This document shows, in pieces, positions 37,362 through 46,490 of a stretch of DNA of 64,000 nt (within the stretch, counting starts at the first letter, position 1; the number at the start of each line of letters is the position of its first letter). This DNA comes from Bacteroidales bacterium (GTDB lineage: Bacteria > Bacteroidota > Bacteroidia > Bacteroidales > UBA3824), in assembly GCA_017962175.1 (NCBI GenBank), contig JAGCVU010000248.1:2514-66513 (forward strand), written 5' to 3'. Made by a program: the position numbers and the translations under genes. The notes beneath the pieces are model-generated. The model saw only the letters and a program-made list of their open reading frames with translations, had not been told where the DNA came from and made no database searches.

Positions 37362-38705
37362 TTAAATACCCGTGTAATTAAACGGAGAAATCTTCATAAG
37401 TTCCTCTTTAACAGAGTCTTTTACATCTAAGGTTTGAATAAATCCGTGAATATCGTCGGCGGTAATCTGACGGTTTACACGTGTGAGTTCCTTAAGTTTT
37501 TCGTAAGCATTGGGAACACATTCGCGACGAAGAATTGTCTGAATAGCCTCAGCACAAACTGCCCAGTTGTTTTCAAGATCGGCATCGATAGACTCTTTGT
37601 GGAGAATAAGTTTGCCAAGACCCTTGAGAAGCGATTTCATAGCAATGATAGTGTGAGCCACCGGAACACCGATATTGCGCAAAACTGTGCTGTCGGTAAG
37701 GTCGCGTTGCAAACGAGAAATGGGAAGTTTCTGTGCCAAATGTGTAAATATTGCGTTGGCTATACCGAGGTTGCCTTCAGCATTTTCAAAATCAATCGGG
37801 TTAACCTTGTGAGGCATTGCCGAAGAACCAACTTCACCGGCTTTAAGTTTCTGCTTGAAATAGTTCATCGAAATATACATCCAAATGTCGCGACAAAGGT
37901 CGATAAGGATAGTATTGATGCGTTTCATACCATCGCAGAAAGCAGCAAAATTGTCGTAATGTTCTATCTGAGTGGTTACTTGGCTGCGTTCCAAACCAAG
38001 CACATGATTTACAAACGAATTGGCAAACCTTGTCCAATCAATTTCGGGATAAGCCACATTGTGAGCGTTGAAATTGCCGGTAGCGCCGCCAAACTTAGCC
38101 GAGAATGGAACAAGTTTCAAAAGTCCCATCTGAGTTTGAAGACGTTCTACATACACCTCAATCTCTTTTCCGAGTTTTGTGGGACTTGCCGGCTGTCCGT
38201 GAGTGCGAGCAAGCATAGCCACATCAGCCCATTCGCCCGAACGATGATAAAGTTCTAATGTAACTTTGTCGAGCAAAGGCAAGTAAACATTATTGAAAGC
38301 TGCCTGCAACGAGTAAGGCACTGCAGTATTGTTGATATCCTGAGATGTAAGTCCGAAATGGATAAACGACTTGTATTGAGCAATATCCAATTCGTCGAAT
38401 TTTTCACGCAAGAAATATTCTACGGCTTTAACATCGTGATTGGTAGTTTTTTCTATCTCTTTGATACGCAGAGCATCCTTGGTTTCAAACTTGCGGTAAG
38501 CAGCACGCAAAGGTTTGAACAGCGAGCGATCAAAATCTTTGAGTTGAGGAAGCGGTATTTCGCAAAGTGCGATAAAATACTCCACTTCTACCATTACACG
38601 GTATTTGATAAGTCCGAATTCTGAAAAATATTCAGCTATTTCGTCAACTTTGTTTCTGTATCTGCCGTCTACAGGCGATATGGCGGTTAGTTCGGTCAAT
38701 TCCAT
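37362..38705 (-). CDS. purB: adenylosuccinate lyase
   Basis: The start is at the ATG giving 'MELTELTAISPVDGRY', the canonical PurB N-terminus; the track begins 8 codons upstream at a TTG. The fumarate-lyase signature 'GSSAMPHKVNP' is present. Confidence 0.95.
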   Translation of the reverse strand: MELTELTAISPVDGRYRNKVDEIAEYFSEFGLIKYRVMVEVEYFIALCEIPLPQLKDFDRSLFKPLRAAYRKFETKDALRIKEIEKTTNHDVKAVEYFLREKFDELDIAQYKSFIHFGLTSQDINNTAVPYSLQAAFNNVYLPLLDKVTLELYHRSGEWADVAMLARTHGQPASPTKLGKEIEVYVERLQTQMGLLKLVPFSAKFGGATGNFNAHNVAYPEIDWTRFANSFVNHVLGLERSQVTTQIEHYDNFAAFCDGMKRINTILIDLCRDIWMYISMNYFKQKLKAGEVGSSAMPHKVNPIDFENAEGNLGIANAIFTHLAQKLPISRLQRDLTDSTVLRNIGVPVAHTIIAMKSLLKGLGKLILHKESIDADLENNWAVCAEAIQTILRRECVPNAYEKLKELTRVNRQITADDIHGFIQTLDVKDSVKEELMKISPFNYTGI

Positions 38706-38777
38706 TTCGTAATCAAATTTATATGGCAAAGGTAAAAAAATATTAAAATAAAAACTAATGGTTTTGCAAAAAAAATT

Positions 38778-39350
38778 TTAGTTTTTCAGCATTTTCAAGA
38801 TTTTCTTCGAAGTTTCATCTCCTTCAGCGGCATCTTTCTTTAATTTTTTGAGAACCTTATCGCCGCCTTTAGGATTGTTAACAGATTGATTAAAAAGGGT
38901 TTTGGCTTTATCTAAATTCTCTGCTGTGCCTTTTCCTTTCATGTAGCATTTGCCAAGTTCAAACTGAGCGTCGGCATTGTCTTGAGCGGCAGATTTTTCA
39001 AAATATTGAAACGCCTTATCGAGATCTTTGGTCACCCCCTCCCCTTTTTTGTAACATTTGCCCAATTCGTATTGTGCTTTGGGATGGTTTTGTGCAGCTG
39101 CCTTTTCGTACCAAAAAACAGCCTGCTGATCGTTTTCAGCTATACCGTGACCCTTGTCGTAACATCTACCAAGATAGTATTGAGCTTTTTTATAGCCTTG
39201 ATCTGCCGAGGTTTGAAACTTTGCAAAAGCCTCTTTGTACTTTTTGGCATCGTATAGAGTCTTGCCCTCTTTATAAATGGTTTCTGCATCTTGTGCGTAG
39301 AGAATTCCGCACAACAAACTAAAAACCAACAACATAAATAATCTTTTCAT
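38778..39350 (-). CDS. Sel1-repeat (TPR-like) secreted protein
   Basis: It has a signal peptide and about 4 Sel1 repeats ('AQYYLGRCYDKGHGI', 'AQYELGKCYKKGEGV', 'AQFELGKCYMKGKGT'). Confidence 0.85.
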   Translation of the reverse strand: MKRLFMLLVFSLLCGILYAQDAETIYKEGKTLYDAKKYKEAFAKFQTSADQGYKKAQYYLGRCYDKGHGIAENDQQAVFWYEKAAAQNHPKAQYELGKCYKKGEGVTKDLDKAFQYFEKSAAQDNADAQFELGKCYMKGKGTAENLDKAKTLFNQSVNNPKGGDKVLKKLKKDAAEGDETSKKILKMLKN

Positions 39351-39511
39351 AAGTATATAGCATTAATAAGTAAGTGTCTGCTTTAAAAAAACGCACACCT
39401 TTATATATATAATGTGTAGCCGAGTACAATAATATGCAAAAATCGTGAAAAACCGAACGAGGAAAATGTATTTTTAGGATATTTTTGATACTTTTGCAAA
39501 AAATTAAAACA

Positions 39512-40039
39512 ATGTCCGACATTCAGATTCACATATCAGCCGACCAAGAGGAGATGCTTCCCCTCACCGACCGCGAAGGCAATATCATAGGCAAGGCATT
39601 GCGAAGCCGTTGTCATCAAGACAAATCGCTCATTCACCCTGTGGTTCACGTACATATATACAATTCAAAAGGCGAAATATACCTTCAAAAACGTTCAAAA
39701 AACAAGAAAATTCAACCCGGTAAATGGGACACAGCAGTGGGCGGACACATTGTTTATGGCGAACCCGAAAACGAGGCATTAAAACGTGAGGCTTGGGAAG
39801 AAGCAGGCGTGGAAAATGGTGATTTTGAGAAAATTACACGTTATCTTTGGGAAGGAAAAGTGGAAACTGAGGTTATCAACGTATACAAATGCCACTACGA
39901 AAACCCAAAAATTGTATCGGTAGACGAAATCGACGACGGACGTTTTTGGACCAAGCAAGAAATAGAGCAAAATATTGGTAAAGAACTATTTACACCAAAC
40001 TTTGAATCCGAGTTCTTAAAAATTAAAGATTTGTTGTAA
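39512..40039 (+). CDS. NUDIX hydrolase (YfcD/Idi-like)
   Basis: The start is at the ATG (MSDIQ); the track begins at an upstream TTG. The Nudix box is 'GGHIVYGEPENEALKREAWEEAGV'. Confidence 0.8.
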   Translation: MSDIQIHISADQEEMLPLTDREGNIIGKALRSRCHQDKSLIHPVVHVHIYNSKGEIYLQKRSKNKKIQPGKWDTAVGGHIVYGEPENEALKREAWEEAGVENGDFEKITRYLWEGKVETEVINVYKCHYENPKIVSVDEIDDGRFWTKQEIEQNIGKELFTPNFESEFLKIKDLL

Positions 40040-40055
40040 CTAAAAACCCGACAAT

Positions 40056-41027
40056 ATGGATTTTGCACAGATCAAGGAGTTGAAAGAAAAAATATTTGCA
40101 GGCTACCAAATCACCACGGAGGAAGCTTTAGCACTGTCGCAAACGCGCAACATTGAGGCGCTCTATTACAGTGCCAACCAGATACGCGCAAAAATGAAAG
40201 GAAGGGTTTTTGAAATTTGCTCAGGCGTAAAAGTGGAATCGGCAAAATGTCAATACAACTGCGAATGGTGCGCATTTAGCCAAAAATCAACACTGCCAAT
40301 CAAAGAATACAATATTGTAGACGAAAAAACCGCTATTGATTTCGCACTCAAGTTTGCCGCACAAAAAGTAAGCAGACTATCACTAATTGCTACAAGCAAC
40401 GACATTACCGATCACAAGCTAACTCAAATCATTGAACTTAGCAAAAAAATAGCCGACAAAAGCGGTTTGAAACTCTGCGCCACACTCGGACATCTTACCA
40501 AAGAGCAATTGCAAAGACTCAAAAACGAAAGCCGCATCACCACATTTCAATGCAACTTACACACATCGCCCGAATTATATCAAAAGCTCTGTACATCATG
40601 TAGTTATCAAAAGAAACTTGAGACCATAGAAAACGCTCAAAAAGCAGGGTTTGACATCTGCTGCGGATTAATAATCGGAATGGGCGAAACGATGTTAGAC
40701 CGTATCAACGTGGCAATTAAAATCAGAGAATTAGGCGTAAAATCAATACCGATACATATTCTCAGCGCACAAGACGGCGTTAACATTACCTCTCCAAAAC
40801 CGCTCGACAGCGAGGAGATACTCACCACTATATCAGTGTTTAGATTTATAAATCCACGCGCCGTGATACGACTTGGTGGAGGACGGTCGCTAATAAAAAT
40901 TATTGAAAGCGAGGCACTTAGAGCAGGTATCAATAGTTGGTCGATAGACAGCAGTATCCAAACCGAAAAAGGAATATCAATCGACGGCAGTGCCCAACGT
41001 CTTGAAAAAGAGGGATTTATAATCTAA
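40056..41027 (+). CDS. bioB: biotin synthase-like radical SAM enzyme
   Basis: The radical-SAM motif is 'CQYNCEWC'. 'CNLHTSPELY', 'CCGLIIGMGET' and 'IRLGGGR' are colinear with BioB. One auxiliary-cluster Cys appears replaced (see findings). Confidence 0.7.
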   Translation: MDFAQIKELKEKIFAGYQITTEEALALSQTRNIEALYYSANQIRAKMKGRVFEICSGVKVESAKCQYNCEWCAFSQKSTLPIKEYNIVDEKTAIDFALKFAAQKVSRLSLIATSNDITDHKLTQIIELSKKIADKSGLKLCATLGHLTKEQLQRLKNESRITTFQCNLHTSPELYQKLCTSCSYQKKLETIENAQKAGFDICCGLIIGMGETMLDRINVAIKIRELGVKSIPIHILSAQDGVNITSPKPLDSEEILTTISVFRFINPRAVIRLGGGRSLIKIIESEALRAGINSWSIDSSIQTEKGISIDGSAQRLEKEGFII

Positions 41028-41028
41028 C

Positions 41029-41484
41029 CTAAAAAGCCTCAAAAGTGAATTTAAGCGTAGAATAAGCGTCAATAACACCCACGCGCTCCTTGCCGTAAGC
41101 TTTGTCGAAGGTGATAAGCAATGTGCCTTTGGAGTTTTTCTTGATATATGGCAAAGCAATTTTCCAACCATCTATCAAATTATTGTTGCCATATATAAAA
41201 CTGATAGTTTCATCTTGGGCAAAAACCACGTTGTTTTGCAAAGCCACACCGGTATAAATCAGAGATACTACATCATCAGCCTGATACTCAACATCGCCCA
41301 TCTCAGTAATTTCAAGAATTATGCCATCTGCATCGTAAATAAAAGCAGTGTCTTTGGCAATAGCCTTTCTGAAATTTTCAACCTGAGTTTCTTCGCTACT
41401 TTCGTAATTGTCTTTTTTGCTACAAGAAAACAAAACGAGAGAAGCTGCCAAAATTACAAACGATATAATCTTAAAATATTTCAT
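41029..41484 (-). CDS. lipoprotein with degenerate FKBP-like domain
   Basis: The lipobox is 'LFSC'. The C-terminal 'LIDGWKIALPYIKKNSKGTLLITFDKAYG...STLKFTFEAF' mirrors the FKBP pattern, but with substitutions. Confidence 0.45.
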   Translation of the reverse strand: MKYFKIISFVILAASLVLFSCSKKDNYESSEETQVENFRKAIAKDTAFIYDADGIILEITEMGDVEYQADDVVSLIYTGVALQNNVVFAQDETISFIYGNNNLIDGWKIALPYIKKNSKGTLLITFDKAYGKERVGVIDAYSTLKFTFEAF

Positions 41485-41487
41485 AAT

Positions 41488-42342
41488 CTATTTAAAATCA
41501 ACTAATTCAATATCAAAAATCAAAGTAGAAAACGGAGGTATGCCTTTAGTACCTTCAGGACCGTAAGCTAGATTTGAGGGAACAACAAGGCGAGCTTTTT
41601 CGCCTTTTTTCATAGTGGCAATGCCTTCCTCCCACCCCGGAATCACATATTCCTTGCCAAGTGGAAATGTAAGAGGTCGATTGCGCTTGTAACTGTTGTC
41701 AAACTCGGTGCCTTCCACAAACATTCCTACATAATTGACAGTTACGGTTTTGCCGGCTGCGGTCTCCTTACCTTTTCCGGGTTGCAAAATTACCTTATAC
41801 AATCCAGTGGGCGACGGCACTGCTACAATTTGCTCACGTTCAATATAATTGGAAATAAGCATCTGCTCGTTTGCCATCATTTTGCGAATATATTCTCCAA
41901 ACTGTTTTTCGAGTGTGGCTTGAGGCACAATGCCGTGACAACGGGCGTAAAATGTGAGACGGCTACCTTTCTTGATAAAAGATGGCATTTCAATACCGCG
42001 CGAAAAATTAAAAAACCGCTCGGCATCTACCTTTATAATTATACTATCGCCGCTATGAAGCATAGCCATAGCCTCCTCAACACAGCCGGGCAACGAATCA
42101 GGACGACATTCCATTGTAAAATTGGGAGTTACGCTACGGCTGTCGAACAATAACGAGTCGGATTCATCGTAATAGCACACATCCAAAATCCAAGCGTCAC
42201 CGGGTTTTGCCATTGCACTGTCGGGATTTTGCTCCACAAAACAATACTCTACGCCCGAAGGCAAGGTGAGAAAAACATTCTCACGCTCGGTGCACGCCGC
42301 AAGCAAAAGCGCAAATACAATATACAATCCGAAACGCTTCAT
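41488..42342 (-). CDS. FKBP-type peptidyl-prolyl cis-trans isomerase (lipoprotein, two FKBP-like domains)
   Basis: The lipobox is 'LAAC'. The C-terminal domain 'VIPGWEEGIATMKKGEKARLVVPSNLAYGPEG...IPPFSTLIFDIELVDF' is canonical FKBP. Confidence 0.88.
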   Translation of the reverse strand: MKRFGLYIVFALLLAACTERENVFLTLPSGVEYCFVEQNPDSAMAKPGDAWILDVCYYDESDSLLFDSRSVTPNFTMECRPDSLPGCVEEAMAMLHSGDSIIIKVDAERFFNFSRGIEMPSFIKKGSRLTFYARCHGIVPQATLEKQFGEYIRKMMANEQMLISNYIEREQIVAVPSPTGLYKVILQPGKGKETAAGKTVTVNYVGMFVEGTEFDNSYKRNRPLTFPLGKEYVIPGWEEGIATMKKGEKARLVVPSNLAYGPEGTKGIPPFSTLIFDIELVDFK

Positions 42343-42343
42343 A

Positions 42344-43159
42344 TTAATATGATTCTTGTTCCGACGGGAAACCGCCTGATTTTACATCACTTACATATTC
42401 AGAAACTGCCTTTGCCATATATTCGCCCAAATTGCCATACTTGCGAACAAATTTAGGCATAGCCATATCTGAAATACCCATCATATCCTGATATACAAGC
42501 ACTTGACCATCGCACTGATTACCAGCACCAATACCAATTGTGGGAATTGACAAAGTCTGTGTAACCTCAGTGGCAAGACGTGCGGGAATTTTTTCTAATA
42601 CAACGCAAAAACAGCCATACTCTTGAAGACGTTGTGCGTTTTCTAACAAAATTTGAGCTTCCTCGCTTCCCTTAGCACGCAATCCGTATCCGCCAAACTT
42701 ATTAACACTCTGCGGAGTAAGTCCAAGATGACCAACAATAGGAATACCAGCCGAAAGAATGCTCTTGTAAGATTCCTCAATCTCTCGTCCACCTTCAATT
42801 TTAACAGCCTGACAACCTGTTTCTTTCATAATTCTAACAGCGTTTTTAACCGCCAAACGAGGGTCGCCTTGATAAGAACCAAAAGGCATATCCACCACCA
42901 CAAAAGCACGTTTTACGCCACGTACCACGCTTGCACCGTAAGTAATCATATCATCAACGGTAACAGGCAGAGTGGTGCTGTAACCCAACATTGTGTTGCC
43001 GAGCGAATCGCCTACAAGAATGGCGTCGATACCGGCCTGATCAATAATTTTGGCTGTAGAATAGTCGTAGCAGGTGAGCATAGTGATTTTTTCACCGTCT
43101 TTTTTCATCTGCTGAAGGGTCTGTGTGGTAACCTTTTTAACAATTGAATTATCTGACAT
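42344..43159 (-). CDS. panB: 3-methyl-2-oxobutanoate hydroxymethyltransferase
   Basis: 271 aa. It contains 'ITMLTCYDY', 'ILVGDSLGN' and 'VKIEGG'. Confidence 0.93.
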   Translation of the reverse strand: MSDNSIVKKVTTQTLQQMKKDGEKITMLTCYDYSTAKIIDQAGIDAILVGDSLGNTMLGYSTTLPVTVDDMITYGASVVRGVKRAFVVVDMPFGSYQGDPRLAVKNAVRIMKETGCQAVKIEGGREIEESYKSILSAGIPIVGHLGLTPQSVNKFGGYGLRAKGSEEAQILLENAQRLQEYGCFCVVLEKIPARLATEVTQTLSIPTIGIGAGNQCDGQVLVYQDMMGISDMAMPKFVRKYGNLGEYMAKAVSEYVSDVKSGGFPSEQESY

Positions 43160-43181
43160 AATTTTTTTTAATTATTTTGCA

Positions 43182-43189
43182 CAAAAATA
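43182..43189 (-). promoter_or_regulatory. candidate -7 box (TAttTTTG) for panB
   Basis: The plus-strand caaaaata at 43182-43189 lies about 23 nt upstream of the panB ATG. No clear -33 was seen. Confidence 0.35.
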
Positions 43190-43289
43190 TAAAAAAACCG
43201 AAACCTACAGAACTTTTTTGCGTATAAAAAAACAGATTAAGAAACGAAATAAAAAATTTGTTTCGTTTAACATTTTTTAACAGAAATAG

Positions 43290-43321
43290 TTTGATAATTT
43301 AGATATAATAGTTTATTTTTG
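43290..43321 (+). promoter_or_regulatory. candidate sigma-A promoter firing into the panB-nadC spacer
   Basis: TTTG (43290-43293) is followed by a 20-nt spacer and then TAttTTTG (43314-43321). Confidence 0.45.
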
Positions 43322-43326
43322 CATTG

Positions 43327-43436
43327 TGAAAAGAAAGGAATAGGGATTAATTTTAAGTATGTTTTTTTCATAATATAAAGGTTTAGGTTAATAATTAGCT
43401 AAGGGGAGTAAGTGATTTACTCCTCTTTGTTTTTTT
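43327..43436 (+). ncRNA. candidate small RNA (promoter-to-terminator unit of about 110 nt)
   Basis: It is bounded by the promoter above and a plus-strand terminator: ggagtaa (43405-43411) pairs with ttactcc (43417-43423), followed by tctttgttttttt. The only ORF inside is ATG TTT TTT TCA TAA. Confidence 0.3.
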
Positions 43437-43460
43437 AATAGGGAGATTGATTAGTTTATA

Positions 43461-43498
43461 TAAAAAAACGCGGCTGCAGTTTAAACTGACAGTCGCGT
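43461..43498 (-). terminator. rho-independent terminator after nadC
   Basis: An extended imperfect palindrome acgcggctgcagttt/aaactgacagtcgcgt is followed on the minus strand by a U-run (plus-strand A-run 43462-43468). Confidence 0.75.
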
Positions 43499-43521
43499 TT
43501 AAATTTTTATAAAGTGCTATG

Positions 43522-44361
43522 CTATACTGCTTTTAAACTCATATCAAGACTCTTGATTTGATGAGTGAGAGCGCCAACAGAAATAAAGTCAACGCCGGTG
43601 AGAGCATAGTCGCGAAGATTATCTAAAGTGATTCCACCCGAAGATTCGGTTTCAAAACGTCCTGCGATAAGTTCCACAGCTTTTTTGGTGTCTTCAACGT
43701 TGAAATTGTCGAGCATAATACGACGAACACCTCCAACTTCTAACACTTGGCGAATTTCGTCAAAGTTGCGGGTTTCGATTTCGATGTCGAGATTTTTACC
43801 TTTGGCTTTGCAGTAATTTTGAGCGGCAACAATAGCGTTTTTGATACCGCCGGCAAAATCCACGTGATTGTCTTTGATAAGAATCATATCAAACAGACCA
43901 ATACGGTGATTGCAACCTCCGCCAATTTTTACAGCCTCTTTTTCAAGAAGACGCATACCGGGAGTGGTTTTGCGAGTGTCGAGAACCTTGGTGTGAAGGT
44001 CGGCAATCTTGGCAGCGTAAATATGTGTTTGTGTGGCAACACCGCTCAAACGCTGCATAAAATTGAGCACAAGACGTTCGGCTTGCAAAATGGAAATCAC
44101 CCTTCCGCTAACGGTAAAAGCAATGTCGCCTTTTTTAACTTCGGCGCCGTCTTTCAGAAAGAGTTCCACTTTGAGGTCTTTGTCGATAATTTTGAAAATC
44201 TCCAAAGCCACATTTATACCGGCAAGTATACCGTCTTGTTTGATAATGAGTTTAGCCTTTCCCTGTTCGTCAGCAGGAATGGTAGAGAGCGAAGTATGGT
44301 CTCCGTCGCCAAGGTCTTCGGCAATGGCTATTTTTATAAGGTCGTCTACAAGTTGATGCAT
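43522..44361 (-). CDS. nadC: nicotinate-nucleotide diphosphorylase (carboxylating), quinolinate phosphoribosyltransferase
   Basis: 279 aa. It contains 'LDTRKTTPGMR', 'HRIGLFDMILIKDNH' and 'IMLDNF'. Confidence 0.93.
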   Translation of the reverse strand: MHQLVDDLIKIAIAEDLGDGDHTSLSTIPADEQGKAKLIIKQDGILAGINVALEIFKIIDKDLKVELFLKDGAEVKKGDIAFTVSGRVISILQAERLVLNFMQRLSGVATQTHIYAAKIADLHTKVLDTRKTTPGMRLLEKEAVKIGGGCNHRIGLFDMILIKDNHVDFAGGIKNAIVAAQNYCKAKGKNLDIEIETRNFDEIRQVLEVGGVRRIMLDNFNVEDTKKAVELIAGRFETESSGGITLDNLRDYALTGVDFISVGALTHQIKSLDMSLKAV

Positions 44362-44406
44362 AGTTGAATGTTTTTAAAATATGGTGCAAAATTATAAATA
44401 ATTTTT

Positions 44407-45705
44407 TTATTTAAGAACCTCTGCCACAACGTAATTGCTACCACCGAGAAAAATGAAATCATCGTTGGCTGCGTCGTTTTTAGCTGCTGCAAATCCCTCT
44501 GCCACAGAAGAATATGTTTTGCCAGAAAGGTCATATCTCTGTGCCATATTGCACAATTCATCAGCCGGAAGAGCACGGTGCGAATCGGCATTAACAAAGT
44601 AATACACAGCGTTTTTGGGCAAAAGTTTCAAAATAGATGAAACATCTTTGTCTTGAACAAAGCCAATAACAATACGAAGTTGTCGGCAGGGCTGCGAAAG
44701 CAATTGCTGCGAAACGTATGTGATACCGGCGGGATTATGACCAGTGTCGCAGACAATAAGCGGCTGATTAGAAATCACTTGCCAACGTCCGAAAAATCCG
44801 GTGTTTTTGTTTACGTTTTCAAAACCTTTGTAAACAGCATCGGCAGAAATATTCAATCCGAGTTTTTGCAATTGTTCAACGGCGGCTATGGCTGTAACAA
44901 TGTTTTTTTGCTGATAAACACCAAGTTGAGCGCATTTGATACCACGGTAAACGGGTTCGCCACAGCAAAAAACATTGAAGAGTTGCTGTCCTTCGTGAGT
45001 AATCTGTCCCGACGATGCCGACAATTTATTAGAAGCCAAAATAATGGGAGCTTCCATCTCTTCAGCCTTGTCTAAAAACACAGGATTGGTGCGAGGGTCG
45101 CTCTCTCCTACCACTACAGGCACTCCACGTTTGATAATACCAGCTTTTTCGCCGGCAATCTCTTTGAGCGTGGAACCGAGAAACTGAGTGTGGTCGAGCG
45201 CAATATTGGTAATAACCGAAAGTATCGGGGTAATGATATTGGTACTGTCGAGACGTCCACCCATTCCCACTTCCACAACGGCAATATCCACTTTTTTGTA
45301 GCGGAAATATTCAAAAGCCAAAGCAGTGGTAAGTTCAAAAAAAGTAGGTTTCAGATGAGCAAACTTTTCGGCATAACGGTTAACAAAATCGGTAACATAA
45401 TCTGCTTCAATTTTTTTGCCGTTGACACGGATACGTTCTTTAAAATCAACAATATGTGGCGAGGTAAACAGACCAACCTTGTATCCCGCCTCTTGCAAAA
45501 CAGATGCTAAAAAGTTAGACACGGAGCCTTTGCCGTTGGTACCCGCAATATGAATGGTTTTGTATTCGCGATGCGGCGAACCAAAAAAACGATCAATTTC
45601 GTTGGCTGTTTGCACTCCGGGTTTGTACGCACTGCCGCCTTGATGCTCAAACACTGGCAACTGCGTAAAAAGATAATTTTCTGCTTCTTGATAAGAGAGG
45701 TTCAT
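44407..45705 (-). CDS. folC: bifunctional folylpolyglutamate synthase/dihydrofolate synthase
   Basis: 432 aa. The P-loop is 'HIAGTNGKGSV', and the protein has Mur-ligase family architecture. Confidence 0.9.
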   Translation of the reverse strand: MNLSYQEAENYLFTQLPVFEHQGGSAYKPGVQTANEIDRFFGSPHREYKTIHIAGTNGKGSVSNFLASVLQEAGYKVGLFTSPHIVDFKERIRVNGKKIEADYVTDFVNRYAEKFAHLKPTFFELTTALAFEYFRYKKVDIAVVEVGMGGRLDSTNIITPILSVITNIALDHTQFLGSTLKEIAGEKAGIIKRGVPVVVGESDPRTNPVFLDKAEEMEAPIILASNKLSASSGQITHEGQQLFNVFCCGEPVYRGIKCAQLGVYQQKNIVTAIAAVEQLQKLGLNISADAVYKGFENVNKNTGFFGRWQVISNQPLIVCDTGHNPAGITYVSQQLLSQPCRQLRIVIGFVQDKDVSSILKLLPKNAVYYFVNADSHRALPADELCNMAQRYDLSGKTYSSVAEGFAAAKNDAANDDFIFLGGSNYVVAEVLK

Positions 45706-45717
45706 TGTTTGAAATAT

Positions 45718-46422
45718 TTATTCGTCGAATGCTGAAAGAAGTTTAGCGCCGAGTTTTTGAAGAGGTGTAACGGGCAATTTAGTCCATTTTTCATTTTCCT
45801 CACCTTCTTCAAACATATTGTAAGTGATAGTCTGCTTTTTGTGGGTTAGATAGTTTTCGCTAACTTTTGTTGCTTCTCCACTGTAACGCGAAAACGATCC
45901 ATAGTCTTTGCCAATAAGGAAGAAATCACTGTTTTGATAACGGAAAACATACTCAGTTTTAGGCACTTCGGTACCACCAGCCGAACAAAATACACCCACA
46001 GCAATACGAATTACACCTTTGGCATTAACCGTAAGATCAATCTCGTGCGAGCAATTTTCATTTTCCTCGTCATCGCCCGGAATGGTGTTGTTGTATTCTT
46101 TGAAGCGTTTGAGTTTGCCATCTGACTGACCAAAATAGATAGCAAGCACACGCTTATTGAAATTATACACGTAACCGTCTTCCTCACGGGTGCGCATATG
46201 AAGCGGATCCTTTGGCAAGGCAATTACCACAAGGTCTTTAATACCATCTTGATTAAAATCGCCCTCCACTTTATCTAAATCAGAATCGATATTGAGCGAT
46301 TGTTCGCCTCCCCAAATTTCGGGAAACAAATTGGAAGCGAAGCCTTTTTGAGCGTTGGCTGCGGTTGAAAACATTGCAACGCAAAAGGCTGCAGTTAATA
46401 ATTTTCTAATCATAGTTTGCAT
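45718..46422 (-). CDS. hypothetical secreted protein with one FG-GAP/VCBS-like motif
   Basis: It has a signal peptide (FSTAANAQ) and contains 'GDFNQDGIKDLVVIA'. Otherwise no recognisable family. Confidence 0.5.
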   Translation of the reverse strand: MQTMIRKLLTAAFCVAMFSTAANAQKGFASNLFPEIWGGEQSLNIDSDLDKVEGDFNQDGIKDLVVIALPKDPLHMRTREEDGYVYNFNKRVLAIYFGQSDGKLKRFKEYNNTIPGDDEENENCSHEIDLTVNAKGVIRIAVGVFCSAGGTEVPKTEYVFRYQNSDFFLIGKDYGSFSRYSGEATKVSENYLTHKKQTITYNMFEEGEENEKWTKLPVTPLQKLGAKLLSAFDE

Positions 46423-46490
46423 TCGTTAAATTAATACTGTACAAAGTTACTAATTATAACGAAACAAACACCAAAAACGCATAGAAAAAT

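Noticed and set aside
37434-38258. Long antisense ORFs opposite well-supported genes. Examples: 274 aa opposite purB; 265 aa at 55347-56144 opposite the PP2C gene; 216 and 207 aa at 57474-58124 and 59484-60107 opposite secA; 223 aa at 17249-17920 opposite glycogen synthase; 206 aa at 43747-44367 opposite nadC; 183-185 aa opposite dnaA and corA.
   Set aside because: Each lies fully inside a gene whose product has unmistakable family motifs. The antisense translations are low-complexity, rich in Cys, His, Phe, Asn and Val, and carry no recognisable motifs. They look like shadow ORFs produced by the sense-strand codon bias. I see no sequence evidence (promoter or terminator) for independent expression.
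43242-43268. Hairpin aaacgaaa/tttcgttt in the panB upstream region, considered as an additional terminator or attenuator.
   Set aside because: The stem is entirely A/U-rich apart from one CG step. The loop is 11 nt and AT-rich, and stability is doubtful. It may simply be AT-rich promoter DNA.
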